A stretch of DNA of 64,000 nt from Trichosphaerium sp. ATCC 40318 (taxonomy: Eukaryota; Protista; Tubulinea): the NCBI GenBank assembly GCA_038496445.1, contig JALMLS010000208.1:197233-261232 (forward strand), read 5' to 3'. The notes under the pieces were generated by a model. That model was not told where the DNA came from and did not search any database. It saw only the letters and a list, made by a program, of their open reading frames with translations. The translations under genes were made by a program, and so were the position numbers. Below are positions 14,068-26,819 of this stretch, one piece after another (within the stretch, counting starts at the first letter, position 1; each line of letters begins with the position of its first letter).

Positions 14068-14337
14068 TGTATACGTCAAGTGGAGCAATTCCAATCTGAT
14101 TCACAGAGCCGGCTTTTTACAGGCAAAGTCAGTATTGGATTTTGGTCTCACAATTCTGCCGTTTGTCATTTCCTCACTTATTGACAAACGATGGTCATGG
14201 ATTTTGTATGTCCTTCTCAAATAGGTAATCAAAAGCTAACAGAGAAGGTATACTGGGTTAATTTTGTACTCAACAAAAGAAGTTCTCGGTTGATGTTTAG
14301 TTTATTTAATTTACATTTTTTTTTGTTGTGATTTTGT

Positions 14338-16921
14338 TTAAACAGTTAACAACAAACAACTGAGAGTCACGATTGTGGACACAATTAAAGCAATCGAATT
14401 ACTAGTATTAGCATTGTTACCAGGCGTTGGTTGTATAGGAGCTACTGGTGAGGCGGGTTGTGTTGGTACACTTGTTGTAGGCATAGAAGGAGCGACTGGT
14501 TCAGTAGGTGACATTGTCGTAGGAGGAAGCGTAGGAGGCAATGTTGTTGGTAATGTTGTAGGAGGTTGTATGGAAGTTGGTGGTTGAGTTGATGGTGTAA
14601 GTGTTGAAAGCGAAATAGGGAATGTTGGTGTATTTGTTGGTGCCACAGTAGTTGGGATAAGTGTTGTAGGAGGTTGAGTTGTCGGTGGTAGTGTAGGTGG
14701 TAACGTTGTAGGAGACAATGTTGGCGGTAACGTTGTTGGTGGCAATGTAGTTGGAGGCAACGTGGTAGGTGGTAAGGTTGTAGGAGGCAATGTTGTAGGA
14801 GGAAGTGTAGTTGGAGGTAATGTAGTTGGTGGCAAGGTTGTTGGAGGGAGTGTGGTTGGTTGCAATGTGGTAGGAGGCAACGTTGTTGGAGGCAGCGTTG
14901 TTGGAGGCAGCGTTGTTGGAGGGAGCGTTGTTGGAGGCAGCGTTGTTGGAGGGAGCGTTGTTGGAGGCAGCGTTGTTGGAGGGAGCGTTGTTGGAGGCAA
15001 CGTTGTTGGAGGCAGCGTTGTTGGAGGCAGCGTTGTTGGAGGGAGCGTTGTTGGAGGCAGCGTTGTTGGAGGCAGCGTTGTTGGAGGGAGCGTTGTTGGA
15101 GGTAGTGTAGTGGGCGGCAAGGTTGTAGGTGGTAACGTTGTAGGAGGAAGTGTAGTTGGAGGAAGTGTAGTTGGAGGCAATGTTGTAGGAGGTAACGTTG
15201 TCGGTGGAAGTGTAGTTGGTGGCAGTGTTGTAGGAGGAGCTGTAGTTGGAGGCAACGTTGTTGGAGGCAGCGTTGTTGGAGGGAGTGTGGTTGGTGGCAA
15301 TGTAGTTGGTGGTAGTGTAGTTGGAGGTAATGTAGTTGGTGGTAGTGTAGTTGGCGGTAAGGTTGTAGGTGGCAACGTTGTAGGAGGTAATGTTGTAGGA
15401 GGAAGTGTAGTTGGAGGCAATGTAGTTGGCGGCAAGGTTGTTGGAGGGACCGTTGTAGGAGGGAGTGTAGTTGGCGGTAAGGTTGTAGGAGGCAATGTAC
15501 TTGGAGGCAACGTTGTAGGAGGAAGCGTAGTTGGAGGCAAGGTTGTAGGAGGTACCGTTGTAGGAGGGAGTGTAGTTGGCGGCAATGTTGTAGGAGGTAA
15601 CGTTGTCGGTGGAAGTGTAGTTGGTGGCAGTGTTGTAGGAGGAGCTGTAGTTGGAGGCAACGTTGTTGGAGGCAGCGTTGTTGGAGGGAGTGTGGTTGGT
15701 GGCAATGTAGTTGGTGGTAGTGTAGTTGGAGGCAACGTTGTAGGAGGAAGTGTAGTTGGCGGCAATGTAGTTGGCGGTAAGGTTGTAGGAGGTAATGTTG
15801 TAGGCGGAAGTGTAGTTGGCGGTAACGTTGTTGGCGGTAGTGTAGTTGGAGGCAATGTAGTTGGCGGCAACGTTGTAGGAGGTAGTGTAGTGGGCGGCAA
15901 CGTTGTAGGAGGTAACGTTGTAGGAGGAAGTGTAGTTGGAGGCAAGGTTGTAGGAGGTAACGTTGTTGGCGGAAGTGTAGTTGGAGGCAATGTAGTTGGC
16001 GGTAGTGTAGTTGGCGGTAAGGTTGTAGGTGGTAACGTTGTAGGAGGAAGTGTAGTTGGTGGCAACGTTGTAGGAGGTAGTGTAGTGGGTGGTAACGTTG
16101 TAGGTGGAGGCGGAGGAAATGAGAATACCATAATTTCTACTCCAGACGGCAGCGTTTGTGCTGGTACTGTAAACCTAAAGCACCAGTAAATATGTTAAAA
16201 AGAGCAATTTTAACGCACGTAAATGAATTAGAATTAGATGAAATAGCTACTGGAGGCAATGTGAACGTAGATGCTACAAACTCAAATCCTAAAAAAAATA
16301 ACAGTAAGCACGTGTTTGCAATGCATAATTAACTGTAAAATCAGTTTTTTGTTTAATGTACATGTAAAGTATTAAATTGAGCGTATTAGCGCTCTTTGAC
16401 AATGAGAAAATGGAAATGGTGTATTTGGGAACGTGTTTTGGGTGATCCAAAAAACTATAATTGTAGAAAACTGAAAAACGTACCTAGAACGACTGGATCA
16501 TCCATTGTGCATGTCAGAACAGTATTTGGAATAGCAGTTCCCGTATTCATTACTTGTCTGTGTAAAATAAAGCTTGTAGACCCGACTTGAATACTGATAA
16601 CATCAGCAGCGTCAGTTGCAATATATACTTCGTTTGAATCGTCTGCAAAGAACTTTGGGTTGTTTGGTTCGCTTGATGACTCCAATACATTTTCATTTGT
16701 TGTTGAGCGTGTGTATGTACAAACACCTGCGTCGCCAACGCCTAGGTAGGTGTGAGATATCATATAGAGCAAAGAAAGAGAGCAAAGCAACTTTTCTTTA
16801 ATTGTTTTGTTCTAATTTTGTCTTTCTCCGTAATGACGGGTAATAAATGTGTACGTATTGAATATGATGTTGCTAAGAGACAACATAAAATTATTGTAAG
16901 CGTTAGAGGTGCTTTAATCAT
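14338..16921 (-). CDS. Secreted mucin-like surface protein with about 90 PPTTL repeats and GPI-like tail
   Basis: Signal peptide MIKAPLTLTIILCCLLATSYS at 16921; globular exons (GVGDAGVCTY...); long last exon of PPTTL repeats ending NSIALIVSTIVTLSCLLLTV*. Confidence 0.85.
14720..16110 (-). repeat. Coding 15-bp minisatellite (PPTTL)n
   Basis: About 90 tandem 15-bp units varying mostly at synonymous positions; homogenised block about 14880-15100. Confidence 0.95.
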
Positions 16922-17469
16922 CTTGAGAAGCTAAGTTTAAATAGTAAATCTCGAAAACAAAGCAATATCTGTTCGGAATTTTCTGGAAACACTTTTGCGC
17001 TGTTTTCCTTCCAAAACCGCTCCAGACGCACTTTTATGCCAACTAGCGTCATATTGTTGTAAAATTAGTTAATTTGAGAAACTCCGCAGTACAGGCCTAT
17101 TGCAAACATTCCACTAATGGAATATTCTTGTCGTACAACACTACACATTGTTTTTGTTGGATATTCGTACCTCCAACTTTGAATATCTAAAATTAGAGTT
17201 TTGTGCAACTTTACTAGATTTAAAGTCACCTGGCTACTGTCAGTGATGCCAGATGTATCTCTAAAGTGGTTATAGTTCTGTTCAGCAAATACTATCTCAA
17301 AAACACACAAAAGGCGCTAAAACTATCGTAGATACAAATAACTACGCGTGGAAACGATAGAAAACGGGTTCTTAAGTTATTCTGCATTGTGGTGTTTATT
17401 TTTAAGTATTCGTGACTTTGCTGCGTTCACGTGAACAAGTTGTACCTTTTTTGTGAGCGAAGGTCGGGT

Positions 17470-18160
17470 TCTTGTCCCGAGCAAAGCAATGGGTCACACC
17501 GAAAGCAAACAGAGACCTCTACTTGCTTGCATTCATTGTACCACTGTCATATTTTTCCGTACTTTTTCAAACAACTGTGCACGCCTATAATTGTCATGAC
17601 ATACGGGTGCATGAATATCACATGGTACAACTGTGCACCGGTGAATCAAAAAATGCTCTTTTGTATTATTCTCCGTTGTTACGAGAACAGACGGCACGCA
17701 CTATTTGTAACGTAGATACTAGCCTTTTATAAAAACAACCTTTGACATCACCCTACATGGCTGGAATAGTTGTATTCCAGCGTCATTACGTTGAACTCAC
17801 TAATATAACTCTAGGTGACACTTTCTTCTTTTACCACATGGTACGTTGATGGAAATCTCAAAACGCTTACTTCTCTTAAAGCCACTGCTCCGCAGGATCA
17901 CTCCTTTTAGTCGTGTCAAGAGAGTATCACCAGATGAGACTATAAGGGTTCGTGTATCGGGTGTAGATGCCCTGAAGTTGTGTAATTAATCGCTTTCTAC
18001 GCAAATTTGTTTTTGGCAAGTCTATTGTCCGACACCATGTTCCTTCCAGATACCTTGTTCTGTTCGCCCCTATGACAAAGTAGATAATTTTCCAGTACCT
18101 CATGTATGTACTATGCTTGTCACACGTGACAATAAAGCAATTTTTAATTCGCACTACCAA
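17470..18160. pseudogene. Possible highly decayed MORN-repeat remnants
   Basis: Fragments YGCMNITWYN and FTTWYVDGNLKT (+ strand) and KHSTYMRYW...RYLEG (- strand) resemble the HGxxxxWYxNG repeat; many stops. Confidence 0.25.
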
Positions 18161-18420
18161 TCAAAAGTGACATTGCCTATGTTGTGACTCTGCTCTACGT
18201 TCACAATAAGTACTCCACAAGGACATATAAATGTGATAGGTTGTAAAATCAAGCTGGGATACATGTGCTAACCAAACTAGATAGTGTATTCATAAAATTT
18301 TAGGTTTTTTCCTGAAATCCAACTCCGAAGATGTCCTTTCGGAAGGGATAGTATACTGAGTATTCACTTATTTGATGATTTTATTGTAGTACAACTGCGC
18401 ATACGATTTGGAGATGGATA

Positions 18421-20261
18421 CTATATCTTGCTTATAGTAGTACTGATAGTCTGTATAGATAATTCTCCTTCAGATGATTCTTTCTTTGGTTTTTTTCGAA
18501 TTGCAGATATTTGAATGATACTTACGAGTGTTAGAGGTACCCAATAAAGCAGACCAAATATTAAATCTAACCATGGATAGTATAAGTTTAATATGGATGG
18601 GGCAGAGGCAATTGAATAAATAAATACAAAGACTGCACTGGACATGAGCTGTATTGTTACCTACAAAATAAAAGTTTAATTCTGCCTTGTTTGGACAATA
18701 AGAGTAGTGTTTTGCAAAATCAGAAATTAGTGCTTTGCAGTTTGACGTACAAATCTGATTGTTTTGAGAGTTTTTGATTTATCTTTGACTTTATTCAAGC
18801 GTTTGAGTACAAAGGATCCCGTGATAAGCAAGTAACATCCTGAAGAAAAAGAAGCAAGGAACAAGAAAACTTGGTAAATGTTGAAAAGTGTATCGAAAAT
18901 ATAAAGCAAGAAAAGGGTTACTCCCAATACTTCAAGCAATACAAGTAGAGATACGACAACAATACTTGGTATAAAAAACTTGTCAATGTTGTATTTATCA
19001 TTTTGCTTTAAGGCTTTGACATTTAGAAGCATTTCATGCCTAGGACACTTTAAAAAAGGAATACGTAAGTTTTCTTGTTTTATTCTAATTTGTACTTTTT
19101 CACGTGATTAAATTATGTGCTATAGAACTAGTTTTTGACGTACCAGTAGAATGCAATCAAAACTGTCGTTGCAAGTGATAAAGAAACGAATCCGAAACCC
19201 ATGATAAAGTGAACAGGTATTGGAAAGATTCTTCTTGCGAATGCCGGATCAATAATAACATAAATACTCCTCAGTATGTTTGCAACGACTTCAATGTAAA
19301 GACATGCCAATTGAGTTGTTAGTTGTAAACCTTGAGGAGACTTTGATATTGTATATATCTTGCTACAAGCCAAGAAAGTTGCAAAAAGACAAAGGAACCC
19401 GACAACAATAGAGAACAGCATCTAAACAAAAATTTTAATTCAGAAACGCGATTTGCTATCATTCTACGTACACTCCCGTACAAGTTGCTGGTCTTCCACG
19501 GATTTGGATCTATAAAAAGATGTCAATGGTAATAATGTAGGAACCCTTATACTGGTACCATTGCTATAAAGAGTGACATTAAACTCTTGATAACTGCCAT
19601 TTATTTCCAAGTTAATGTATCCAACGATGTATGAAAATTCAACACCAGCGGCTTCTACAGTTGGAATACGAGGCAGATTTCCCGGCGACTCAATATGGCT
19701 TAACTTAACATAATTGTACGCGCCTGGTATGTCTACAAAGAGACTTAGTTAACAATGCTTCGTTTTACTTACAAAACTCAGTAGAGTGTAAGACAATAGC
19801 TTTAGCTCCACGTAGGTATACGTCTCTAACTGTATAACCCCATTTTCTTTCGTCTTCTAACAACACAATCTTGCCACTAACGTTCGGGTGGTTTACGCCT
19901 ACAAGAACGCCTACAACACTAGATTATGCCACAAGTACTTGCTTGGCTTTAAATGATAAATAAACAAACTTTAGTGGTTTTTAGGATCTTGCGTCACGTG
20001 CCATTGACGCTACATGACATCACGTGATAAAAACGTGATTTCTAGTATTTAGCGTACCATTGATTTTATTGGAGCGCCATGAATCTCTTGAGAGCCACGA
20101 TATGTTTGGAGTATCGAAATGTACTTTAGAAACGGATTAAAAACAATAAGTATTTGGGTCAAATACGTTATTGTATTGTACATACGTTCAGTGTTGTTTT
20201 CATGTATAATGAGTGCGGCGACTCCTGTAATAAATAAATAGAACTTAAACACGTGATGCAT
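18421..20261 (-). CDS. PA-domain + 7TM (GPCR-like) receptor, copy 1
   Basis: Signal peptide MHHVFKFYLFITGVAA; PA-like VSGKIVLL...RGAKAIVL...IPTVE; DPNPW linker; seven hydrophobic segments over three exons; stop TAG. Confidence 0.75.
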
Positions 20262-20542
20262 TGAACAAACTGAAATAAGGAAGAGATATTGACTAGGATT
20301 GACATTTCAAAACTCACAATCAAGATTGAAAAGTTTTACAAATAGGCGAAAACCGATGTTGTCAAATCTACATAGAGCAATAATCAGGGACAGCTTCAAG
20401 TGAATAGGGTCAGTCTTGAGAAAAAAGTACCAGGTTCTTCCTGTTGCTATTCCGTAATAAGTAAAAAAAAACTGAGAATCGAAATACAATTTGATTATTT
20501 TATTGTATTTACAATGATAAGATGAAAAGTTGATGTTGGAAA

Positions 20543-22504
20543 TTATATCTTGCTAATAGTATTACTGACTGTCTTTATAGATGATTCTCCTTCAGATGAT
20601 TCTTTCTTTGGTTTTTTTCGAATTGCAGATATTTGAATGATACTTACGAGTGTTAGAGGTACCCAATAAAGCATATCAAATAATATATCTAACCATGGGT
20701 AGAATAAGTCTAATACAATTGGGATAAATCCAAATGAGTAAATAAATATGAAGACTGCACTGGACATGAGCTGTATTGTTATCTACACAAAATATAAGCA
20801 AAGTCAATTCTGTATGTAAATGATAAAATCTGTCGTTTGTGGATTTGACATGATTTGGTGCATTTTAAATCTTGGAGTTTAAGAAGCAATTATATAGAAG
20901 ATTCAGATGTAATAAGTGATTAGTGCTTTACGTACAAATCTGATTGTTTTGAGGGTTTTTGATTTATCTTTCACTTTGTTCAAGCGCATGAGTACAAAGT
21001 ATCCTGTGATGAGCAAGTAACATGCTGAAGATATAGAAGCAAGGAACAAGACAGCTTCAAAAATGTAGTACAGAGCATCGAAAATATAAAGCAAGAAAAG
21101 GGTTACTCCCAATACTTCAAGCAATACAAGTAGAGATACGACAACAATACTTGGTATAAAAAACTTGTCAATGTTGTATTTATCATTTTGCCTCAAGGTT
21201 CTGACATTCAGAAGCATTTCATGCCTAGGACACTTTAAAAAAAGGAAAACGAAATAAAATGGTTTTTTCTTGTTCTATTCTGATTGTGCTGTTGTCAATC
21301 ACGTGATCAAAAATATACACTCTAGCATTAGTTTTTGACGTACCAGTAGAATGCAATGAGAACTGTTGTTGCAAGTGATAAAGACACAAATCCGAAACCC
21401 ATAATCAAGTGAATAGGTATTGGAAAGATTCTTCTTGCGAATGTGGGATCAATAATAACATAAATACTCCTCATTGTGTTTGCAAAGACTTCAATGTAAA
21501 GACATGCCAATTGAGTTGTTAGTTGTAAACCCTGAGGAGACTTTGATATTGTATATATCTTGCTACAAGCCAAGAAAGTTGCAAAAAGACATAGAAACCC
21601 GACAACAATCGAGAACAGCATCTAAACAAAATACGTCATAACTTGTTCGAGGTAATGTTATACACATACACTCCCATACAGTCTGCTGGTCTTCCACAGA
21701 TTTGGTTCTATTTACAGCGTCAATGGTACTAATGTAGGTACCCTTATACTGGTAAAAATCGTACCATTGCTATAAAGAGTGACATTAAACTCTTGATAAC
21801 TGCCATTTATTGCCAAGTTAATATCTACAAATTTCGTTGAAAATTCATCACCAGCAGCCTCTACAGTTGGAATACGAGGCAGATTTCCTGGCGACTCAAT
21901 ACGACTTAATCTAACATAATTGTATACGCCTGGTACGGCTGCAAGAAAATGGGTTTAGCGGAGAAATTCTTTGCTGTTATTACGTGCCTATATCAGTAGC
22001 ATGTAAGACAATAGCTTTAGCTCCACGTAGGTATACGTCTCTAACTGTATAACCCCATTTTCTTTCATCTTCTAACAACACAATCTTGCCACTTATGTTC
22101 GGGTGCTTTACGCCCACAAGAACGCCTACAATACTAGATTATGTCACGAGTTTTTCTAAGCTTTGACTGTTAAAGTAACAAAAAAATTGAGAGGTTTTTA
22201 AGCTCTACGCCACTCTACACTTGACGTAATACGCGACTACTTAATCACGTGATAAAAACGTGATTTTGTAATTAATTAATAATTAAGCGTACCATTGATT
22301 TTATTGGAGCGCCATGAATCTCTTGAGAGCCACGATATGTTTGGAGTATCGAAATGCACTTTAGAAACGGATTAAAAACAATTTGTATTTGTATTTGAAT
22401 CAAACACAAGCTATTGTATTGTACATACGTTCAGTGTTGTTTTCATGTATAATGAGTGCGGTAACTCCTGAAATAAATAAATAGAACTTAAACACGTGAT
22501 GCAT
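20543..22504 (-). CDS. PA-domain + 7TM (GPCR-like) receptor, copy 2
   Basis: Same exon structure as copy 1 with high nucleotide similarity. Confidence 0.75.
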
Positions 22505-22912
22505 TGAACAAACTAAAATAGTAAGATACTGACTAGGATTGACATTTCAAACTCACATCCAAGATTGAAACGTTTTACAAATAGGCGGCAACTTATTTAG
22601 TCAAATCTAAATAGCAAAGAATCAGGGACAGCTTCAATTGAATATAACAGTTTATAGCAACTGTAAGGCACTTCATTTCATATTAATATCAGAACTTACT
22701 CTTGTAAATAGAGGTGATCCGGTCCCAGCTTAGCCTGCTACAACATCTAAACGGCATGCCATAGTCCGTAAGCTCAAGTTTCCATCACATTTTTTTTGTG
22801 CAAGTTGTCAGGTACATCGCCAAAATATTGTGGCTCTTAGTTCTTGGCCAGTTCCCAAAATCCCAATGAACACAAACTGTTTTCTCAAGTGTTCTTTCTT
22901 TATTTTTTGTTG

Positions 22913-23938
22913 TTACAAGGAATTACGTCTCACAGTTGTTACTGGATGTTCAGATCTCTTACCATCAACATATATTCTGCCTAGCTTAAGATGTCCATCC
23001 TCATGCCACACAGTGCATTCACCATATCTCTTTCCTTTAATATACATTGTTTGTCTCTGAATTTGACCATTTTCATACCATCTCTTTACCTCACCATGCT
23101 TCTTACCTTGAACGTACATAGCTTGGCATCTGAGTATACCATGAATTGTATTCACCATTTCTCTTTCCTTCGATATACATTGCTTGTATATGGAGTTGTC
23201 CATTCTTATACCATAGTTTGCATTCACCATTCTTCTCACCTTTTATGTATATAGCTTGATCCATTATTATACCATTCTCATACCACCAACAGTATTCACC
23301 ATTCTCCTTTCCATTAATATAGGTTGTTGTTAGCTGATTTTGTCCATTCTCATACCACTGTTTATGTTCTCCAGTCTCTTCCCCATCAGTATACATTTTT
23401 TGTACTGCAAGCTGTCCGTTTTTATGCCATGTCTTTATCTCACCAGTCTTCTTGTCATTAATCCAGGTTTTTGCGACACAAGTTGTCCATTCTCATGCCA
23501 TATTTTTTTCTCACCATTCTTCTTGTCATTAACATACATTGTTTGATATTTAAGTTGTCCGTTCTCATACCACTGCTTTAGCATGCCTTCCTTTAGTCCT
23601 TTTACATACACAACGTCTAGACAAGGGTTTCCTCCTGTGTACCAACTGTTGTACTTACCATGTTTTTTATCATTATTGTACCATGCTTGAAACCATAGCT
23701 GTCCGTTCTTATACCACCGTTTCATCATTCCGTGTTTTTTACCGTCAACCACCATTGTCTTATTTAGAACACGACCACATGGATACCAAGTAATCCAAAT
23801 ACCGCGTTTGTTCAGACTAGTATTGTAATGTGTGTTAATAGCAGCCGTTTTTGATAACACGTGGAACTTATGAAATGTTTCCTTGTTGAAAGTACATAGA
23901 TATTGTTGAAGTTCATATGGAAGTTGTAGAAGTGACAT
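22913..23938 (-). pseudogene. Frameshifted F-box-like + MORN-variant repeat gene (intronless)
   Basis: Paralog of 51716-52687; 1-nt deletion near 23470 and an apparent 11-nt deletion between TGGTAT direct repeats near 23140 split it into three ORFs. Confidence 0.85.
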
Positions 23939-24430
23939 CTTTACAGGATGGTACTTACGTTTTGGGTTTTAGTTCGATCTTTTGTAATTTAGGAACTAAG
24001 ACTGGTAATCTTGAAGCGCCACTCTTTAATCTTCGAATAGCACCACAAGAACGCTTTCACGTGTTTAGGTGTTAAATTTAATAACCGTTATACCTGCGTT
24101 ACAAATAGACAGGATGCCAATTGTAAGCGTTTTCACGTGTATAAGACTTAGGATGACTTTAAAGGCTATTTATTCCGTGTTTCGAGAGATCTGTTTTATA
24201 ACTAATAGATGGTACGTCAAAAACACGTGTTATTCCAACCAAACAGGAAGCAACAAAAAGATGACGTTTGAAGGTGTTGGTAGGAGTTCACATAATTGGC
24301 TTGGAGGGCTGTGAATCAATTGCAGATGAGATTTTTAAAGCACTGGTTTTTTTCTCATAACACAGCAAGTCCTAAGTGGTATTCGCTTATTTTATTGTAT
24401 TACAATGATAAGATGAACGGGTGGTGGATT

Positions 24431-26405
24431 TTATAACTGGTTCATAGTAGTACTGATAGTCTGTATAGATGATTCTCCAGATGATTCTTTCTTTTGTTTT
24501 TCTCGAATTGCAGATATTTGAATGATACTTACGAGTGTTAGAGATATCCAATAAGGCAGACTAAATATTATATCTACCCATGGATGATAGTATAAGTTAA
24601 ATACGGTCGGGATAAATCCAAATGAATAAATAAATATGAAGACTGCACTGGACATGACCTGTATTGTTATCTACACAAATAATAAGCAAAGTCACTAAGT
24701 TAAGTCTGTTTGTAGGCTTGAAGTGATTTAGTTGAAACTAAATCTTAGGTGTATGAGGTTTAGTAGATATTAAAGGATCTACTGTTTTCAAAATAGCTTC
24801 TTGTTCTAAATATTTTTGTTGTAGTACGTACTAATCTTATTGTTTTGAGGGTTTCTGATTTACTTCCAATTTCATCTTTGAGTTTATTCAAGCGCTTGAG
24901 TACAAAGTATCCTGTGATAAGCAAGTAACATGCTGAAGATATAGAAGCAAGGAACAAGACAGCTTCAAAAATATAGTACAGAGTGTCCGAAATATAAAGC
25001 AAGAAAAGGGTTACTCCCAATACTTCAAGCAATACAAGTAGAGATACAACGACAATACTTGGTATAAAAAACTTGTCAATGTTGTATCTATCATTTTGCC
25101 TCAAGGTTTTGGCTTGCAGGATAACTTCATGCCTAGGACACTTTAAAAAAAGGAAAACGAAATAAAATGCTTTTTTTCTTGTTTTATTCTAGTTGTTGTG
25201 CTTTTTCACGTGATTAAATTATGTGCTCTAGAACTAGTTTGACGTACCAGTAGAATGCAATCAGAACTGTTGTTGCAAGTGATAAAGAAACGAATCCGAA
25301 GATCATAATCCAGTGAATAGGTACTGGAAAGATTCTTCTTGCGAATGCCGGATCAATGATAATATAAATACCCCTCATTGTGTTTGCAAAAACTTCAATG
25401 TAAAGACATGCCAAGCGAGGTGTTAGTTGTAAACCTTGAGACTTTGACATTATGTATATCTTTCTACAAGCCAAGAAAGTTGCAAAAAGACATAGGGACC
25501 CAACAACAATCGACAACAGCATCTAAACAAAAATTTAGTTCATAACTTGTTCGAGGTAATGTTATACACATACACTCCCATACAGTCTGCTGGTCTTCCA
25601 CGGATTTGGCTCTATTAAAAGATGTCAATGGTAATAATGTAGGTACCCTTATACTGATAAATATCGTACCATTGCTATAAAGAGTGACATTAAACTCTTG
25701 ATAATTGCCATTTATTGCCATGTTAATATCTACAAATTTCGTTGAAAATTCTTCACCAGCAGCCTCTACAGCTGGAATATGAGGCAGATTTCCTGGCGAC
25801 TCAATACGACTTAATCTAACATAATTGTATATGCCTGGTACGTCTGCAAGAAAATAGGCTTAGAGGAGAAATTCTTTGCTGTTATTACATACCTACAATA
25901 GTAACGTGTAAAACAATAGCTTTAGCTCCACGTAGGTATACGTCTCTAACTGTATAACCCCATTTCCTTTCATCTAACAACACAATTTTGCCACTGACAT
26001 TCGGGTGCTTTACGCCTACAAGAACGCCTACAACACTAGATTATGCCACAAGTACTTCTTAGCTTTGACTGCTAAAGTAACAAAAACTGTAGCGGTTTTA
26101 AGCTCTACGCCACTCTACACTTGACGTAATACGCGACTACTTAATCACGTGATAAAACACGTGATGTTGTAATTAATTAATAATCGAGCGTACCATTGAT
26201 TGTACTTGATCGCCATGAATCTCTTGAGAGCCACGATATGTTTGGAGTATCGAAATGCACTTTAGAAACGAATTAGAAACAATTTTTATTTTGTATTTGA
26301 ATCAAATTGCGTTATTGTATTGTTCATACGTTCAGTATTGTTTCCATGTATAATGAGTGCGGTAACTCCTGAAATAAATAAATAGAACTTAAACACGTGA
26401 TGCAT
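24431..26405 (-). CDS. PA-domain + 7TM (GPCR-like) receptor, copy 3
   Basis: Same exon structure; ATG at 26405; small indels relative to copies 1 and 2. Confidence 0.75.
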
Positions 26406-26819
26406 TGAACAAATTAAAACAGGAAGGTGCTAGAGATGTCAGAAAACCGGTCCGGACCAGTCGTAACCAGTCAATAAGCTGCTCATTTCACGTAAAAGGT
26501 CGAAAAACACTTAAAAACTGGACTAATACAGTTGTGGCCGTTTTCACTTAAAAGGACTGTATCTGGTAAAAACTGGTAAAAATCAAAGGGTACCGCTTTG
26601 AAAGCGAGCGAAATAAAACGTAACCTCATTCTGTGGGGTGGGGGAAAAAAAGTGAGAATTTGAACGAATAGAACTGCAATTGGGAGGAAAAGCAACAAAG
26701 TTTCAAGTTTAAAAAGAAGACATGTAAACTGTGAACACCTTTTATTTGCCTTTGCATACTTGCCTAGTGGTCATTAAAGTGTTGGTTTAATTGCTGTCGT
26801 ATACTAAGAGCAATTTATT

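Noticed and set aside
14720-16110. CRISPR-like or telomeric array
   Set aside because: Contiguous 15-bp coding units with synonymous variation, no unique spacers and no cas genes.
14762-16189. 475-aa plus-strand ORF of VVGG(S/N) repeats, plus 14860-15110 and 2643-2924 ORFs
   Set aside because: Antisense or alternative-frame shadows of the PPTTL repeat; the opposite strand has the signal peptide, splice sites and hydrophobic tail.
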